Shown here piece after piece: positions 48,940 to 58,862 of a stretch of DNA of 64,000 nucleotides (position 1 is its first letter; every line of letters begins with the position of its first letter). The position numbers were made by a program, and so were the translations under genes. Source of the stretch: an uncultured Spirochaetota bacterium (GTDB lineage Bacteria > Spirochaetota > Spirochaetia > SZUA-6 > Fen-1364); the NCBI GenBank assembly GCA_963745235.1, contig CAVUXE010000099.1, positions 165,431 through 229,430 of the forward strand, read 5' to 3'. The notes beneath the pieces are model-generated. The model was given only the letters and a program-made list of their open reading frames with translations. It did no database searches and was not told the origin of the DNA.

Positions 48940-49542
48940 ATGTGGCTGTCCGCCGAGAAGCGAAGAGCTCTCGCAAAAGAGACGTCCGGGTTGCCCTACC
49001 TCTCCGGCTCAAAGGAGCAGGCAGAGAAAGCGACTCAAATCCGGGAAGAGATTCTTGAAAAAGTCTTCGATCAGTACATCAAGCCGGATCAACCGGACGC
49101 CGATGTTTCCATGCCGAGCCGGTGGAACAGGGCGCGGCGCCTGTGGAAGGCGTTGCTGACGGAAAAGCGCGCGTCCTACTTCATCGAGTTGAAGGCCTCA
49201 AAATACCTCGAATGGATCGAAACCGGTGAGCCGTTTGTCCTGCCCTGCACCGCGGAAGAAATTGAGAGCCTCAACAAAGCCATGCCGGAGCTTGTCGGCG
49301 AAAAAACGGTCGTGCAGCTGGCGAAGGAAGTCCGCGCCGCCCTGCTGAAGTCCTCCGACGCCCTTGAGCAGCGGCTGCTGCAGACCGGGGTGCAGGCGGC
49401 GAAGCGCCTCAAGCTTCGGGAGATTCGTGATACGCTGCGGAAGGTCACAGACCCCCAGTGGTTCATCAAGAGACAGCCGAAGGTGTTTGTGAAATATGAA
49501 GACCTCTTGCGGAGCTGGCTGGAAGGCAAGAAGAGCTCGTGA
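48940..49542 (+). CDS. Hypothetical protein with an internally duplicated helical module
   Basis: 200 aa ORF starting 3 nt after bfr; LPYLSGSKEQAEKATQIR...ASYFI and MPELVGEKTVVQLAKEVR...PQWFI. Confidence 0.7.
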   Translation: MWLSAEKRRALAKETSGLPYLSGSKEQAEKATQIREEILEKVFDQYIKPDQPDADVSMPSRWNRARRLWKALLTEKRASYFIELKASKYLEWIETGEPFVLPCTAEEIESLNKAMPELVGEKTVVQLAKEVRAALLKSSDALEQRLLQTGVQAAKRLKLREIRDTLRKVTDPQWFIKRQPKVFVKYEDLLRSWLEGKKSS

Positions 49543-49564
49543 TAAGCGCGCTCCGCGATCGTCG

Positions 49565-50068
49565 TCAAAGGCTCAGCTTCATGAATACCCAGTGCTTCCT
49601 GTATTCCTCTGGTATCTCACTCCCTCCGTAGGGCGGGATCTCAGAAAAGCCATGCGCGCGATAGACGCGATGGGCGTCGTTCATGAAATCCGCGCTGTCC
49701 AGACGCATCTCCGAGTACCCCATTTCTCTTGCCCGCGCGATCGATTCACCCACCAGGAGCGCTCCGATGCCCTTGCGGCGGTGGCCGGGCCGCACAAACA
49801 TGCGCTTCATTTCCGCGATTCCTTTGCCAATGGTTCGAGTGCAGGCACACCCCGCAGGAAGGTCGTCCTCGAATGCCAGGAGAAGGAGTCCGCCCGGCGG
49901 AAGGAATGCGCCAAGCTTTTCCATGTCATGGACGATCATGGACTCCGCGTCGAAAATCACCTGGTATTCCTGGTAGATTCTCTGGCAGACCCACCGAAGG
50001 TAGTCGGCAAAGAGATCATGAACCACGCTCTCGTGCGTGGGCATCACCGCCTGGATGACGCGCACCAT
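49565..50068 (-). CDS. GNAT family N-acetyltransferase
   Basis: AEMKRMFVRPGHRRKGIG, MRLDS...AHRVYRAHGF. Confidence 0.9.
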   Translation of the reverse strand: MVRVIQAVMPTHESVVHDLFADYLRWVCQRIYQEYQVIFDAESMIVHDMEKLGAFLPPGGLLLLAFEDDLPAGCACTRTIGKGIAEMKRMFVRPGHRRKGIGALLVGESIARAREMGYSEMRLDSADFMNDAHRVYRAHGFSEIPPYGGSEIPEEYRKHWVFMKLSL

Positions 50069-50077
50069 GGGTGAGGG

Positions 50078-50494
50078 CTACGCCTTGGGTGCCGCGATGT
50101 TTACCAGCCACCCGATGCCGAACATGTCCGTGAGCATGCCGAACGTGTCGCCCCAGGCGGCTTTCGTCAGGGGCATGCGTATCGTTGCGCCCTTGGAAAG
50201 CCTGTCCCAGTAGCCCGTGAGCTCCTTTTCGTCGGTTCCGCTCAGTGACATGCTGATGTTTGTCCCGGGCTTGTACTCCATTCTGTTGGGTGTGTCCGAG
50301 GCCATCAAAACCATGCCGTTGTCGGCTTCCAGCACGGAGTGCATGATCTTGTTGGCCTCCGTGGGATCCGGCGAGGCGTTGTATTCCTTGAATGTGCTCA
50401 CCGTCAGGTTGCCGCCAAATACCCCCTTGTAGAACTCCATGGCGCTGCGGGTGTTGTCCCGAAAGTTCAGGTACGGGCTGAGCCTGCTCGGCAT
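50078..50494 (-). CDS. VOC/PhnB-family protein
   Basis: PYLNF...AMEFYKGVFGG, KIMHS, WGDTFGMLTDMFGIGW. Confidence 0.9.
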   Translation of the reverse strand: MPSRLSPYLNFRDNTRSAMEFYKGVFGGNLTVSTFKEYNASPDPTEANKIMHSVLEADNGMVLMASDTPNRMEYKPGTNISMSLSGTDEKELTGYWDRLSKGATIRMPLTKAAWGDTFGMLTDMFGIGWLVNIAAPKA

Positions 50495-50656
50495 GCTACC
50501 TCCACGATTCTGGCATCAATGTGCCGCCTCTTCACTGGATAGTCGAGGGAAATCCAGGTTTTCGACAGGTCCGGCCGTTGGACACGCTTCAACAAAGAGT
50601 GGCCATCCCGTTCGGGCGGTAGTATTCTTCCCTCTGAACTCCGAGGGAATCGTAGA

Positions 50657-53614
50657 ATGGCATCCCGAGGAAAGAAGACAAAGTCGACAGGTCAAAAAGA
50701 CATCCTTCTTGGCCGTCAGGCTGAGATGGACCTCATCTTGCATCGCCTGGAGGAAGCACGGGCAGGAAAGGGCTGTTTCCTGGCCATCAGCGGCGAGCCC
50801 GGCATCGGCAAGACTCGGCTTGCTCAAGCAGCGACCATCGCCGCGAAGAAAAAGGGATTCCATGTATCCTGGGGCCAGTGCCACGATGGCCAATACATTC
50901 CACCCTACTGGCCATGGAAGCAGCTCCTGAGAGACACACTTGGCCTTCTGCCACAGCGCGCTTCGGCACAGAGCAGGGGAATTTTGAATGCTCTGTCGGA
51001 GATCGTCGCAAGCGCACCCCGAGACCACTCGAGAACGCCAGAGATGCCGAAACCGATCTCCCAAAAGGCGAGGTTGAAGATTCTTGAGTCCGCGACGCTT
51101 CTTGTTCGCATGATCTCGGAAAACGACCCCGTGCTGCTGGTTCTCGACAACCTGCACTGCGCGGATGTGCCGTCACTCCAGCTTCTTCAGGTCATGTCGA
51201 GCGAAACGAGTGGTTGCCCTGTTGTCATCATCGGTTCCTACAGGGAGCCCTCGGCCCTGGCAGGCGGCGCGTTCCGTGAAATCATAGGCGCGCTCGCGGG
51301 GCAATCCTTCTTCGAAAGCATCCCTCTGGCGGGATGGGATGCCTCTGGAGTTCAGGAATGCCTGATACAGCATGGGATCGAGAACCCTCCCCTGCAATTG
51401 ACCAGGGCGGTCTTTGAGCGCACCAACGGCAACCCGTTGTTCGTGCTGGAAGTCGTACGACTGCTCCGCCAGAGGGGGCTGCTCGACTCGTTGTCTGGTG
51501 CCCGACCGTGGGAAACTCTCATTCCGCAGAAAGTCCGCCTGGCCATTCTAGGCCTTTTCGAGCGCTTGACCGCGCCTTGCAAGAACGCGCTTGCCGCTGC
51601 GGCACTGGTTGGACGGGAGTTCGAGAGTCGGTTCCTGCAGGAAGTGGCAGGAGAAGATGGTTCTTCCATCGAGCCCCTTTTCGAGGAAGCTCTCGCCCAT
51701 GGCTTGATCCAGGGGATCGATGAGAGGCCGGGGTTCTTCCGATTTGTACACGCCCTCGTTCAGGATGTCATTCGGGAGGAAACCCCCGTTCTTCGAAGGC
51801 CCTTGCTGCACGTAAAGATTGCGGAGGCCTCGGAACGCCGCCTCGGAAAGGATCTGGAGGCTCACGCGGGAGAGTTGGCACGGCATTTCCAGGCGGCGGG
51901 AGGCAATCACGCGGAGAAAGCGATTCATTACTACAGCATTGCTGGAGAAAACGCTCTTCGGATGTGCGCTTACGAGGATGCACACGAGCAGATTACTCGG
52001 GCCCTCCACCTTGCCGGAGGAGACATTCTCCCGTCGAAAATGGCACGCCTTCTGTTCGGGATGGGTCAGTCACTGCACGGGCTGGGGAGGGTCATGGAAG
52101 CTGCCGAGTGCCATGCGAGGGCTTTTGCGCTGTTTGTGAAAAGCGGTGAGATTGACAACGCGGTGCAGATCTTCGAGCAACCGCTGATCCTCATGGAGAA
52201 GCCTGCCAATCTCACAAAGGTCCTGGAAGAAGCGATATCGCTTGTTGGTTGGAGCTCCCTCCGGGGGGAGGCGCTTGGCGGAAAGTACGGACTTGCCGTC
52301 TATCATGACACGGGCGACTATTCGAGAGCTGCCGCGATTTTCGAGAAAGCCGTCAGGTCGGCACGAGCGTCGGGAGATGTCCAGCAGGAAATGACCGCTT
52401 TGACGAACTGGGGACGAATCGAAGCCGACCAGCTCCAGTTCGAGACGGCGTTGTCGATTGAAAAGGATGCCATGCGCGTCGCAACGGAGAACGGCGAGCT
52501 TTGGATAGAGGCCATTGTTCATATTACAAGCGCGCTGGCGTCTCTTGGTCTCGGGCGTATCCAGGAAGGAGAAAATCAAGCCCGATTGCTCAGCGCGCTG
52601 GCCGGTCGCCTGCAAACGGGCCTGTGGAACGCAATATCCTCGGTCTTGTCCTCTGCTATTCATCGACAGAAAGGCGAGCTCCGATCCGCCTTTGATGTCA
52701 CCGACCGCGCGATTGCCTCGGGAGAGCCGAGTTTCCTGGTTTTGAACCAGGCCATCAGGACTCTGCTGCAATACGAGATCGGAGAGGCGGACGCCGCGAA
52801 AGAGCTTCTTCAGAAAGTCATCGCGGGAGCCAACCAGGCAGTGCGGCCTTTCCACTGGGAGGGCCTCCTGGCCGTGCTGATTCCATTCGTCGCGTGGGCG
52901 ACGGGCGACGCCGTGCCCCTGGAGATCGCGGAGAGAGCCGCGGGAGAAGTTCCGCTCTACGGCGGCCTGCGACGGGGCGACGCGGTGACTGTGAGTCTCG
53001 GGCTGGGCTTGATAGCAGCGATTCGCAAGGACCGCGAATCTGCAAGACGGCATTACGAAGAGCTGCTCCCGTTTCGAGGGCTGGTGGCGCACCCCTATCT
53101 GGGCCTGGCGACGGATCACGTCCTGGGGATCCTGGCGTGGACCGTCGGAGACACTGCCGAAGCGCGCACGCATTTCGACTCTGCAGTCGATTTTTGCCGC
53201 GCCAACGGGCTTCGCATCGAGCTCGCATACACGTGCCGAGACTATGCGGAGTTTCTGCTGCAAGTCGCGGGCAAGGCGGAACAGCAAAAGATCCTCCACC
53301 TTTGCCGAGAGGCAATTCCCATTGCGGAGGCTTCGGGTCTCGTTCATTTGACGGGAAGGCTCGCACAGGTTCGTGACGCCGCGGGTCATGGCAAACCCGG
53401 TCGGCCCGAGTTCCCCGACTCACTCAGCGAAAGAGAGGTCGATGTCCTTCGACTCATCAGCCAGGGCTTGAGCAACGCGCAGATCGGGGAGCGGCTTTTC
53501 ATCAGCCTGCATACCGTTGCCAACCACGTTCAAAGCATTCTCGAAAAAACGGGCGCAGCCAACCGCACCGAAGCCGCGGCCTACGCGATACACCACCACC
53601 TGACGAGCGACTGA
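50657..53614 (+). CDS. STAND-type (MalT/LAL-like) ATPase-TPR-LuxR transcriptional regulator
   Basis: GRQAE, GEPGIGKT, LLVLDNLH, RTNGNPLF, FVHALV, TPR-like helices, LSEREVDVL...GLSNAQIG...TVANHV. Confidence 0.9.
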   Translation: MASRGKKTKSTGQKDILLGRQAEMDLILHRLEEARAGKGCFLAISGEPGIGKTRLAQAATIAAKKKGFHVSWGQCHDGQYIPPYWPWKQLLRDTLGLLPQRASAQSRGILNALSEIVASAPRDHSRTPEMPKPISQKARLKILESATLLVRMISENDPVLLVLDNLHCADVPSLQLLQVMSSETSGCPVVIIGSYREPSALAGGAFREIIGALAGQSFFESIPLAGWDASGVQECLIQHGIENPPLQLTRAVFERTNGNPLFVLEVVRLLRQRGLLDSLSGARPWETLIPQKVRLAILGLFERLTAPCKNALAAAALVGREFESRFLQEVAGEDGSSIEPLFEEALAHGLIQGIDERPGFFRFVHALVQDVIREETPVLRRPLLHVKIAEASERRLGKDLEAHAGELARHFQAAGGNHAEKAIHYYSIAGENALRMCAYEDAHEQITRALHLAGGDILPSKMARLLFGMGQSLHGLGRVMEAAECHARAFALFVKSGEIDNAVQIFEQPLILMEKPANLTKVLEEAISLVGWSSLRGEALGGKYGLAVYHDTGDYSRAAAIFEKAVRSARASGDVQQEMTALTNWGRIEADQLQFETALSIEKDAMRVATENGELWIEAIVHITSALASLGLGRIQEGENQARLLSALAGRLQTGLWNAISSVLSSAIHRQKGELRSAFDVTDRAIASGEPSFLVLNQAIRTLLQYEIGEADAAKELLQKVIAGANQAVRPFHWEGLLAVLIPFVAWATGDAVPLEIAERAAGEVPLYGGLRRGDAVTVSLGLGLIAAIRKDRESARRHYEELLPFRGLVAHPYLGLATDHVLGILAWTVGDTAEARTHFDSAVDFCRANGLRIELAYTCRDYAEFLLQVAGKAEQQKILHLCREAIPIAEASGLVHLTGRLAQVRDAAGHGKPGRPEFPDSLSEREVDVLRLISQGLSNAQIGERLFISLHTVANHVQSILEKTGAANRTEAAAYAIHHHLTSD

Positions 53615-53633
53615 GCCGGGGAACGCAAAGCGT

Positions 53634-54134
53634 TCAGCGTCCCTGCTTTGCCCTGGCCGCGGCGGATTCCTCCCGTGAGGGGCCGTAGATGCTGGGCACA
53701 ACGAGGCCCGCAGCCCGCAACAGGACCGTCATCTGTGCCCGGTGGTGTATCTGGTGACGAACGAGCGCCTGGAGCAGGCTCGCCACCGTCATGGAACGTC
53801 CAAAGGCGTTGATTTCCGTTGCGAGCTGCTCATCCTTCAATTTTACCGATGCCTGCTCCGCCATGCTTCGAGCCGCGGTCTCGTATGCATCCGCAATTGC
53901 CGCCGCGGCGCCCGGCGGCTCCGTTCCGCGCGCCGGAGCCTCGATGCTCAGCCCGGCCGGGGCTCCCATCCCCCCGATCATCTGCACCATGTGCCAGGCG
54001 ATCTTGCCGAGGGGATTGCCCTCCGGGTCGGACTTCTGCTGCAGCGAAGCGTCAGTGAGGGCCCGCTCCACCTTGAGACTGGTTCCACTCTCTCTGGTCC
54101 AGTCCTGGACAAACTCGGAAATGGTCGTGTACAT
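53634..54134 (-). CDS. DinB family protein
   Basis: IAWH, HQIHHRAQMTV. Confidence 0.88.
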   Translation of the reverse strand: MYTTISEFVQDWTRESGTSLKVERALTDASLQQKSDPEGNPLGKIAWHMVQMIGGMGAPAGLSIEAPARGTEPPGAAAAIADAYETAARSMAEQASVKLKDEQLATEINAFGRSMTVASLLQALVRHQIHHRAQMTVLLRAAGLVVPSIYGPSREESAAARAKQGR

Positions 54135-54140
54135 GTACCT

Positions 54141-54169
54141 ATCGTACAGTCCTGGCGCCGGGAAGGCAA
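54141..54169 (-). promoter_or_regulatory. Putative leaderless promoter for the DinB gene
   Basis: TTGCCT-17-TACGAT, 6 nt before ATG 54134. Confidence 0.55.
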
Positions 54170-54192
54170 ATGCCTGCGACAGGGAGAGACGA

Positions 54193-54618
54193 TTATCGCC
54201 AGACCGCTACGATCCCGCCGAACACGACATAGGTCACCAGGTAGAGGCAGTTATTGATGAGCAGCAGGCCGGGCTTTCGGCCTTCAAACTGGGTGTTCAG
54301 GCTGTGGGTCACCACGAAAGCAAGCCAGACAACAAGGCCGACTATGGCGCCGGTTCCGAAGTCAACTGCCTTGATGCTGTGAATGACAAGCTGCAGTCCA
54401 TAAGAGAAGAGAAGCGTAGCGACGACGGCGCCTCCCATGAGTCGCGGCATGGCCTTCCTGTCCGCCTCTGTCATCTGCCTCTTGTTCGGATCCATCCCGG
54501 TGTTGATCTGCCAGGCCTTGAACCAGGGCATGGCGGGGGAATAGTAGAGCCAGCTCACAAAGAAGTTCGCCACGGCGACTACGACGAAAGGCAGCCACGA
54601 AAAGCTGAAGTCCAGCAT
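54193..54618 (-). CDS. DUF1761-like membrane protein
   Basis: WLYYSP..WFKAW, 4 TM, FEGRK..LLLIN. Confidence 0.8.
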   Translation of the reverse strand: MLDFSFSWLPFVVVAVANFFVSWLYYSPAMPWFKAWQINTGMDPNKRQMTEADRKAMPRLMGGAVVATLLFSYGLQLVIHSIKAVDFGTGAIVGLVVWLAFVVTHSLNTQFEGRKPGLLLINNCLYLVTYVVFGGIVAVWR

Positions 54619-54721
54619 TGTATTCCTCCTCGCGGAAAAAGCTCGCCGCAGAAACCCGGAAAGTCAAGGCTAGGCCCAAGACCGACAAATGAAGCGATTG
54701 ATTCCCCTGCTGCTCCCCGTG

Positions 54722-55192
54722 TTACCCCTGGCGGCTTTCGCGCAGAGCCCCGTGGTTGTACGCGTAGTCCAGAAGATACTTTGTTTCAGCGTTGGCTGGA
54801 TCGTTTGTCGTGTCAGTACCGATGAAATACAAAGGGAAGCTCACGGGCAACGACAAAGCCCCGCAGAGATAATCTACAAAAGGCTCGGCGCGAGCAAAGT
54901 TCACAAAGGATGGGGAGATTGTGCCCATCATATCTTCTGCGCGCAGGCCAAACCGCACAATCGTCGTATGATTCAGCTTCAACGCGTAATAGCCATTGAC
55001 ATACGGATCCGGCACCAGATTAGCGCCACTCGTGATCGCAGTTGCGACCCCCGGTTTCTGCTGCGCAGAAGAAAAAGCGTTGAGCGAGGCACCGAGAGCG
55101 CCAATCTCAAGCGTTATTCCCTCTGCGAATATGGGGTAACCCGCGAAAGGACAGAGACAAGCGATCAAAATGACGAAACGGAGAGGCTTCAT
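54722..55192 (-). CDS. Secreted hypothetical protein, possibly a truncated outer-membrane protein
   Basis: Signal peptide (…YPIFA), beta-strand-like segments, abrupt end. Confidence 0.45.
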   Translation of the reverse strand: MKPLRFVILIACLCPFAGYPIFAEGITLEIGALGASLNAFSSAQQKPGVATAITSGANLVPDPYVNGYYALKLNHTTIVRFGLRAEDMMGTISPSFVNFARAEPFVDYLCGALSLPVSFPLYFIGTDTTNDPANAETKYLLDYAYNHGALRESRQG

Positions 55193-55257
55193 GTGAGCTC
55201 CTTTCCAAAAACCTCTGCTGCTCGAAAAGCGTCACTGTTTGCAAAGTTCCGCTGCGG

Positions 55258-55641
55258 ATGGCCCGCAACGTCGCTATTTCCGTGAGGTTCTTCGATACCT
55301 CCTCGATGCATGCATCTCTGTGGCCAGGTCAGCTGCGCGACTGCGGGTATACCGTTTTGGAGGCTTCCGATGGCGGCGCGGCCATTCAGACGGCTGACAC
55401 ACATGCCGGTCGCATCGATCTGCTGCTTACCGATGTCGTCATGGAGGGAATGACGGGGAGCGAGTTGTACGGCAGACTCATTCACGAGAGGCCGGGGATC
55501 AAAGTCCTCTTCATGTCTGGACATGCACGCGAAGTCGTCAGCGGGCACGGGATTGCGCATGAGAAAATGGACATTATCCAGAAGCCCTTCACGAAACGGG
55601 CGTCGTCTGAGAAGGTGCGAGAGGTACTGCAACGCGCTTGA
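55258..55641 (+). pseudogene. Orphan receiver-domain fragment of a hybrid kinase (first beta-strand and acidic pair missing)
   Basis: GYTVLEASDG...IDLLLTDVVMEGMTG...VLFMSGH...IQKPF; no ILLVED N-terminus. Confidence 0.7.
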
Positions 55642-55717
55642 TGCGCCCGAAAATATCTTGACAGACTCACGACTGATGATGTCTTGTTGAGCATCCGCTC
55701 AGCCCAAAGGAAGCCTC

Positions 55718-56878
55718 ATGAACACCACATCAAAGGTTGCACTCGTCAGGTGCGAGAATTATGAATATGAGAATGTCCGGAGCGCCGTCCGCAGAGGCGT
55801 CGGCCTGCTTGGAGGTCCGGGGTTGTTCGCCAGATCAGGGGAAAAGATCCTTTTCAAGCCCAACTGGCTGGTGGCAGATCGCCCGGAAAAGCTTACCACG
55901 ACACATCCAGCAGTCTTCAGAGCCATGGTCGAGGTTTTCAAGACGACCGGCGCGGTATTGTGCTTCGGGGATTCCCCTGCCATCCAGAGCCCGGAGCACG
56001 CCTCCCGGATGACCGGCTTTCAGCCCATAGCTGAGGCGGAAGGAGTCGCGCTGGCGGATTTCAAGCAGGGAAGGGAGATCGTCTTCGACAAAGGCGTCCA
56101 GAACAAGAAGTTCATCATAGCGAACGGCGCCCTCGATTGTGACGGCATCATAAGCCTGCCCAAGTTGAAGACCCATGGGCTTGAGCGCTTGACCGGCTGC
56201 GTGAAGAACCAGTTCGGCTGCGTCCCGGGAGCTTTGAAAGGTGAGTTCCACGTCAAGCTCGCCAGCGCGATCGACTTTGCAAGGATGCTCGTCGACCTGA
56301 ACGCATTCCTGAAGCCGAGATTGTATGTCATGGACGGCATCATCGCTATGGAAGGAAATGGGCCTCGAGGCGGCAGGGCAAGGCCCATGAAAGTCCTTTT
56401 GTTCTCCGCTGATCCCATCGCCCTGGACGCAACGGTTTGCAGAATGGTCGACATAAGCCCGGAGTTCGTTCCAACGATCAGACTCGGAATGGAAGCAAGG
56501 ACAGGAACCTGGAAAAAGGAAGAAATCGAGCTGATCGGTGATCCCTTGGAAAGCTTTGTCGACAGGCAATTCGACGTGAAGCGGGAGCCCGTCCTGCCCT
56601 ACTCCCGCGGCAAAGGGAGCGGCTTTCTCCGAAACGCCATTGTCCCGAGGCCGTACATCATAGCTGGGAAGTGCACCCAGTGCGGGACATGTGTGAAGGC
56701 CTGCCCCGTGGATCCAAAGGCCGTGGACTGGCATACGGGGGACAGGAGAATCCCTCCGTCGTACAAGTATGACCGTTGCATCCGCTGCTATTGCTGCCAG
56801 GAACTGTGTCCTGAAGGCGCCGTCGAGCTGAAGGTACCGTTCCTTCGCAGGCTCCTCGGAGGAGCCGCAAAGGAATAA
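55718..56878 (+). CDS. DUF362 protein with C-terminal 2x[4Fe-4S] ferredoxin domain
   Basis: ILFKPN, TTHP, LPKLKTH, GCVKNQFG, MEGNGP; CTQCGTCVKACP and CIRCYCCQELCP. Confidence 0.92.
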   Translation: MNTTSKVALVRCENYEYENVRSAVRRGVGLLGGPGLFARSGEKILFKPNWLVADRPEKLTTTHPAVFRAMVEVFKTTGAVLCFGDSPAIQSPEHASRMTGFQPIAEAEGVALADFKQGREIVFDKGVQNKKFIIANGALDCDGIISLPKLKTHGLERLTGCVKNQFGCVPGALKGEFHVKLASAIDFARMLVDLNAFLKPRLYVMDGIIAMEGNGPRGGRARPMKVLLFSADPIALDATVCRMVDISPEFVPTIRLGMEARTGTWKKEEIELIGDPLESFVDRQFDVKREPVLPYSRGKGSGFLRNAIVPRPYIIAGKCTQCGTCVKACPVDPKAVDWHTGDRRIPPSYKYDRCIRCYCCQELCPEGAVELKVPFLRRLLGGAAKE

Positions 56879-56884
56879 CCGCAT

Positions 56885-58720
56885 CTACGTTCGGCCGCCG
56901 CGTCGGCTGTAGACACGGTCCTGGGCAAGCAGGATGGTTTTGCGAAGGCGAATGGACTTCGGGGTGACCTCGACCATCTCATCGTCCGCTAAATACTGGA
57001 TTGCCTTTTCCAGGGTCATCGGCTGCACCGGCGTGAGCGTCAGGGCTTCATCATGGGAGACGGAGCGCATGTTGGAGAGCTTCTTCTCCTTGCACGGGTT
57101 GACGTTCAATTCCGAGTCGAGGTTGTGCTCGCCGACGATCATTCCCTCATACACACGCTCACCCGGGACGACAAAGAGCCGTCCCCGCGGCTCCAGGTGA
57201 TACAGGCCGTAGATGACGGCGGCGCCGCTGCGGTCAGACACCATGGAACCGGTGAACCGGTCCACAAAGTCGCCCCGGTATTCTTCGTATCCCGAAAGAT
57301 ACGAGTTCATGATGCCTGTCCCCTTGGTGTCAGTCAGGAAGAGATCGCGATATCCAATGAGGGCGCGCGACGGAACTGAAAACTCCAGATGGACGCGGCC
57401 TCCCTCGTGACAGGTATATGCCAGCATCCTGCCCTTTCTTGCGGACAGCTTCTCTGTCACAACGCCCACAAACGCTTCGTTGCAGTCCACAAAGAGGTGC
57501 TCGATGGGCTCGAGCTTCTTCCCGTCCTCGAACTTGAAGATCACTTCAGGCCGGCTCACGCAGACTTCGAAATCCTCGCGCCGAAGCATTTCGATCAGGA
57601 TGACCAGCTGAAACTCTCCCCGGCCCCGAACGAGGTATCCAGCCTCGCCTTTCACTTCCTCGACCTGGATGGAAACGTTGTTGAGGGTCTCCTTGCGAAG
57701 CCGCTCGAAGAGCCTCCCGGACTGGACGTTCTTTCCTTCAAGGCCTGACAGCGGCGAGGTGTTCACGTAAAAGCGCATGGACACCGTGGGCTCATCGATG
57801 ATGATCCGCTTGAGCGCCTTCGGGAAATCCCGGTTGCAGATGGTGTCTCCGATGTGCACGTTCTCTATCCCGGAGAGCACGACGATGTCCCCGGGCTCTG
57901 CGCTGTCGCTTTCCACGAGCTTTGGCCCCGTGTAGGTATGCAGCTTGGTGATGCTCAACTCTTCACGAACGTCGCCTTCGCCGATGCACACCAGGGGGTC
58001 CTTGGAATGAGCCCGGCCGTTTATCACTTTGCCGATTGCCTGGCGGCCGAAATAGTCGGAGTAGGAAAGGTCCGAAACCAGCATCTGGAAAGGCTCCGAG
58101 GTCGTGTACCGGGGAGGCGCAATCTCGCGGATTATTGCATCGAGCAACGGGTGCAGGTTATCGCTCTCCCCGTCCAGCGCATCCTTGGCAATGCCCAGCT
58201 TGCCGACCGCATACAGGAGCGGAAACTCGAGCTGTTCCTCGGTCACCCCAAGATCGATGAACAGGTCGTAAATCTGCGCCAGCACCTCCGCAGGACGGGC
58301 GTCCGGCCGATCGATCTTGTTGATGACCACGATGATGGACAGGCGGCTTGCCAGCGCCTTGCTGAGCACGAACCGGGTCTGCGGGAGGGGACCTTCGGAG
58401 GCATCCACCAGGAGAACGGCTCCATCCACCATGGAGAGCGCGCGCTCGACCTCGCCGCCGAAATCCGCATGGCCGGGAGTGTCCAGGATGTTGATCTTGA
58501 CTCCCTTCCAGACCACTGAGCAGTTCTTGGCAGCAATGGTTATTCCGCGTTCGCGCTCCAGGTCCATGCTGTCCATCAGGCGTTCCTGCGTTTCCTGTCC
58601 GTCGCGGAATACGCCGGATTGCCTGAACATCGCGTCGACAAGAGTGGTCTTGCCGTGGTCGACATGGGCGATTATGGCGATGTTGCGGATCGCCGGGTTT
58701 GATGCATCTTTGTGGGTCAC
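56885..58720 (-). CDS. typA: Translational GTPase TypA/BipA
   Basis: [56 protein letters not shown]; GTG 58720. Confidence 0.97.
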   Translation of the reverse strand: MTHKDASNPAIRNIAIIAHVDHGKTTLVDAMFRQSGVFRDGQETQERLMDSMDLERERGITIAAKNCSVVWKGVKINILDTPGHADFGGEVERALSMVDGAVLLVDASEGPLPQTRFVLSKALASRLSIIVVINKIDRPDARPAEVLAQIYDLFIDLGVTEEQLEFPLLYAVGKLGIAKDALDGESDNLHPLLDAIIREIAPPRYTTSEPFQMLVSDLSYSDYFGRQAIGKVINGRAHSKDPLVCIGEGDVREELSITKLHTYTGPKLVESDSAEPGDIVVLSGIENVHIGDTICNRDFPKALKRIIIDEPTVSMRFYVNTSPLSGLEGKNVQSGRLFERLRKETLNNVSIQVEEVKGEAGYLVRGRGEFQLVILIEMLRREDFEVCVSRPEVIFKFEDGKKLEPIEHLFVDCNEAFVGVVTEKLSARKGRMLAYTCHEGGRVHLEFSVPSRALIGYRDLFLTDTKGTGIMNSYLSGYEEYRGDFVDRFTGSMVSDRSGAAVIYGLYHLEPRGRLFVVPGERVYEGMIVGEHNLDSELNVNPCKEKKLSNMRSVSHDEALTLTPVQPMTLEKAIQYLADDEMVEVTPKSIRLRKTILLAQDRVYSRRGGRT

Positions 58721-58862
58721 TAGAGACGTCCTGACTTGCCTTGAAAGGCGGGAGATGAAGCCATCGTAGCGCAATTCGCGCTCTGCGTCTGCCCGTGGGG
58801 CACCTTTTTGTCGCTGCGGGTGCAAGCGATGCGCAGGGCAGATTCGATCTGGCGGCCGGGGA

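Noticed and set aside
50657-53614. STAND ATPase as an Avs-type antiphage system
   Set aside because: It has a C-terminal LuxR HTH and no nuclease, protease or TIR effector, so it fits a transcription regulator.
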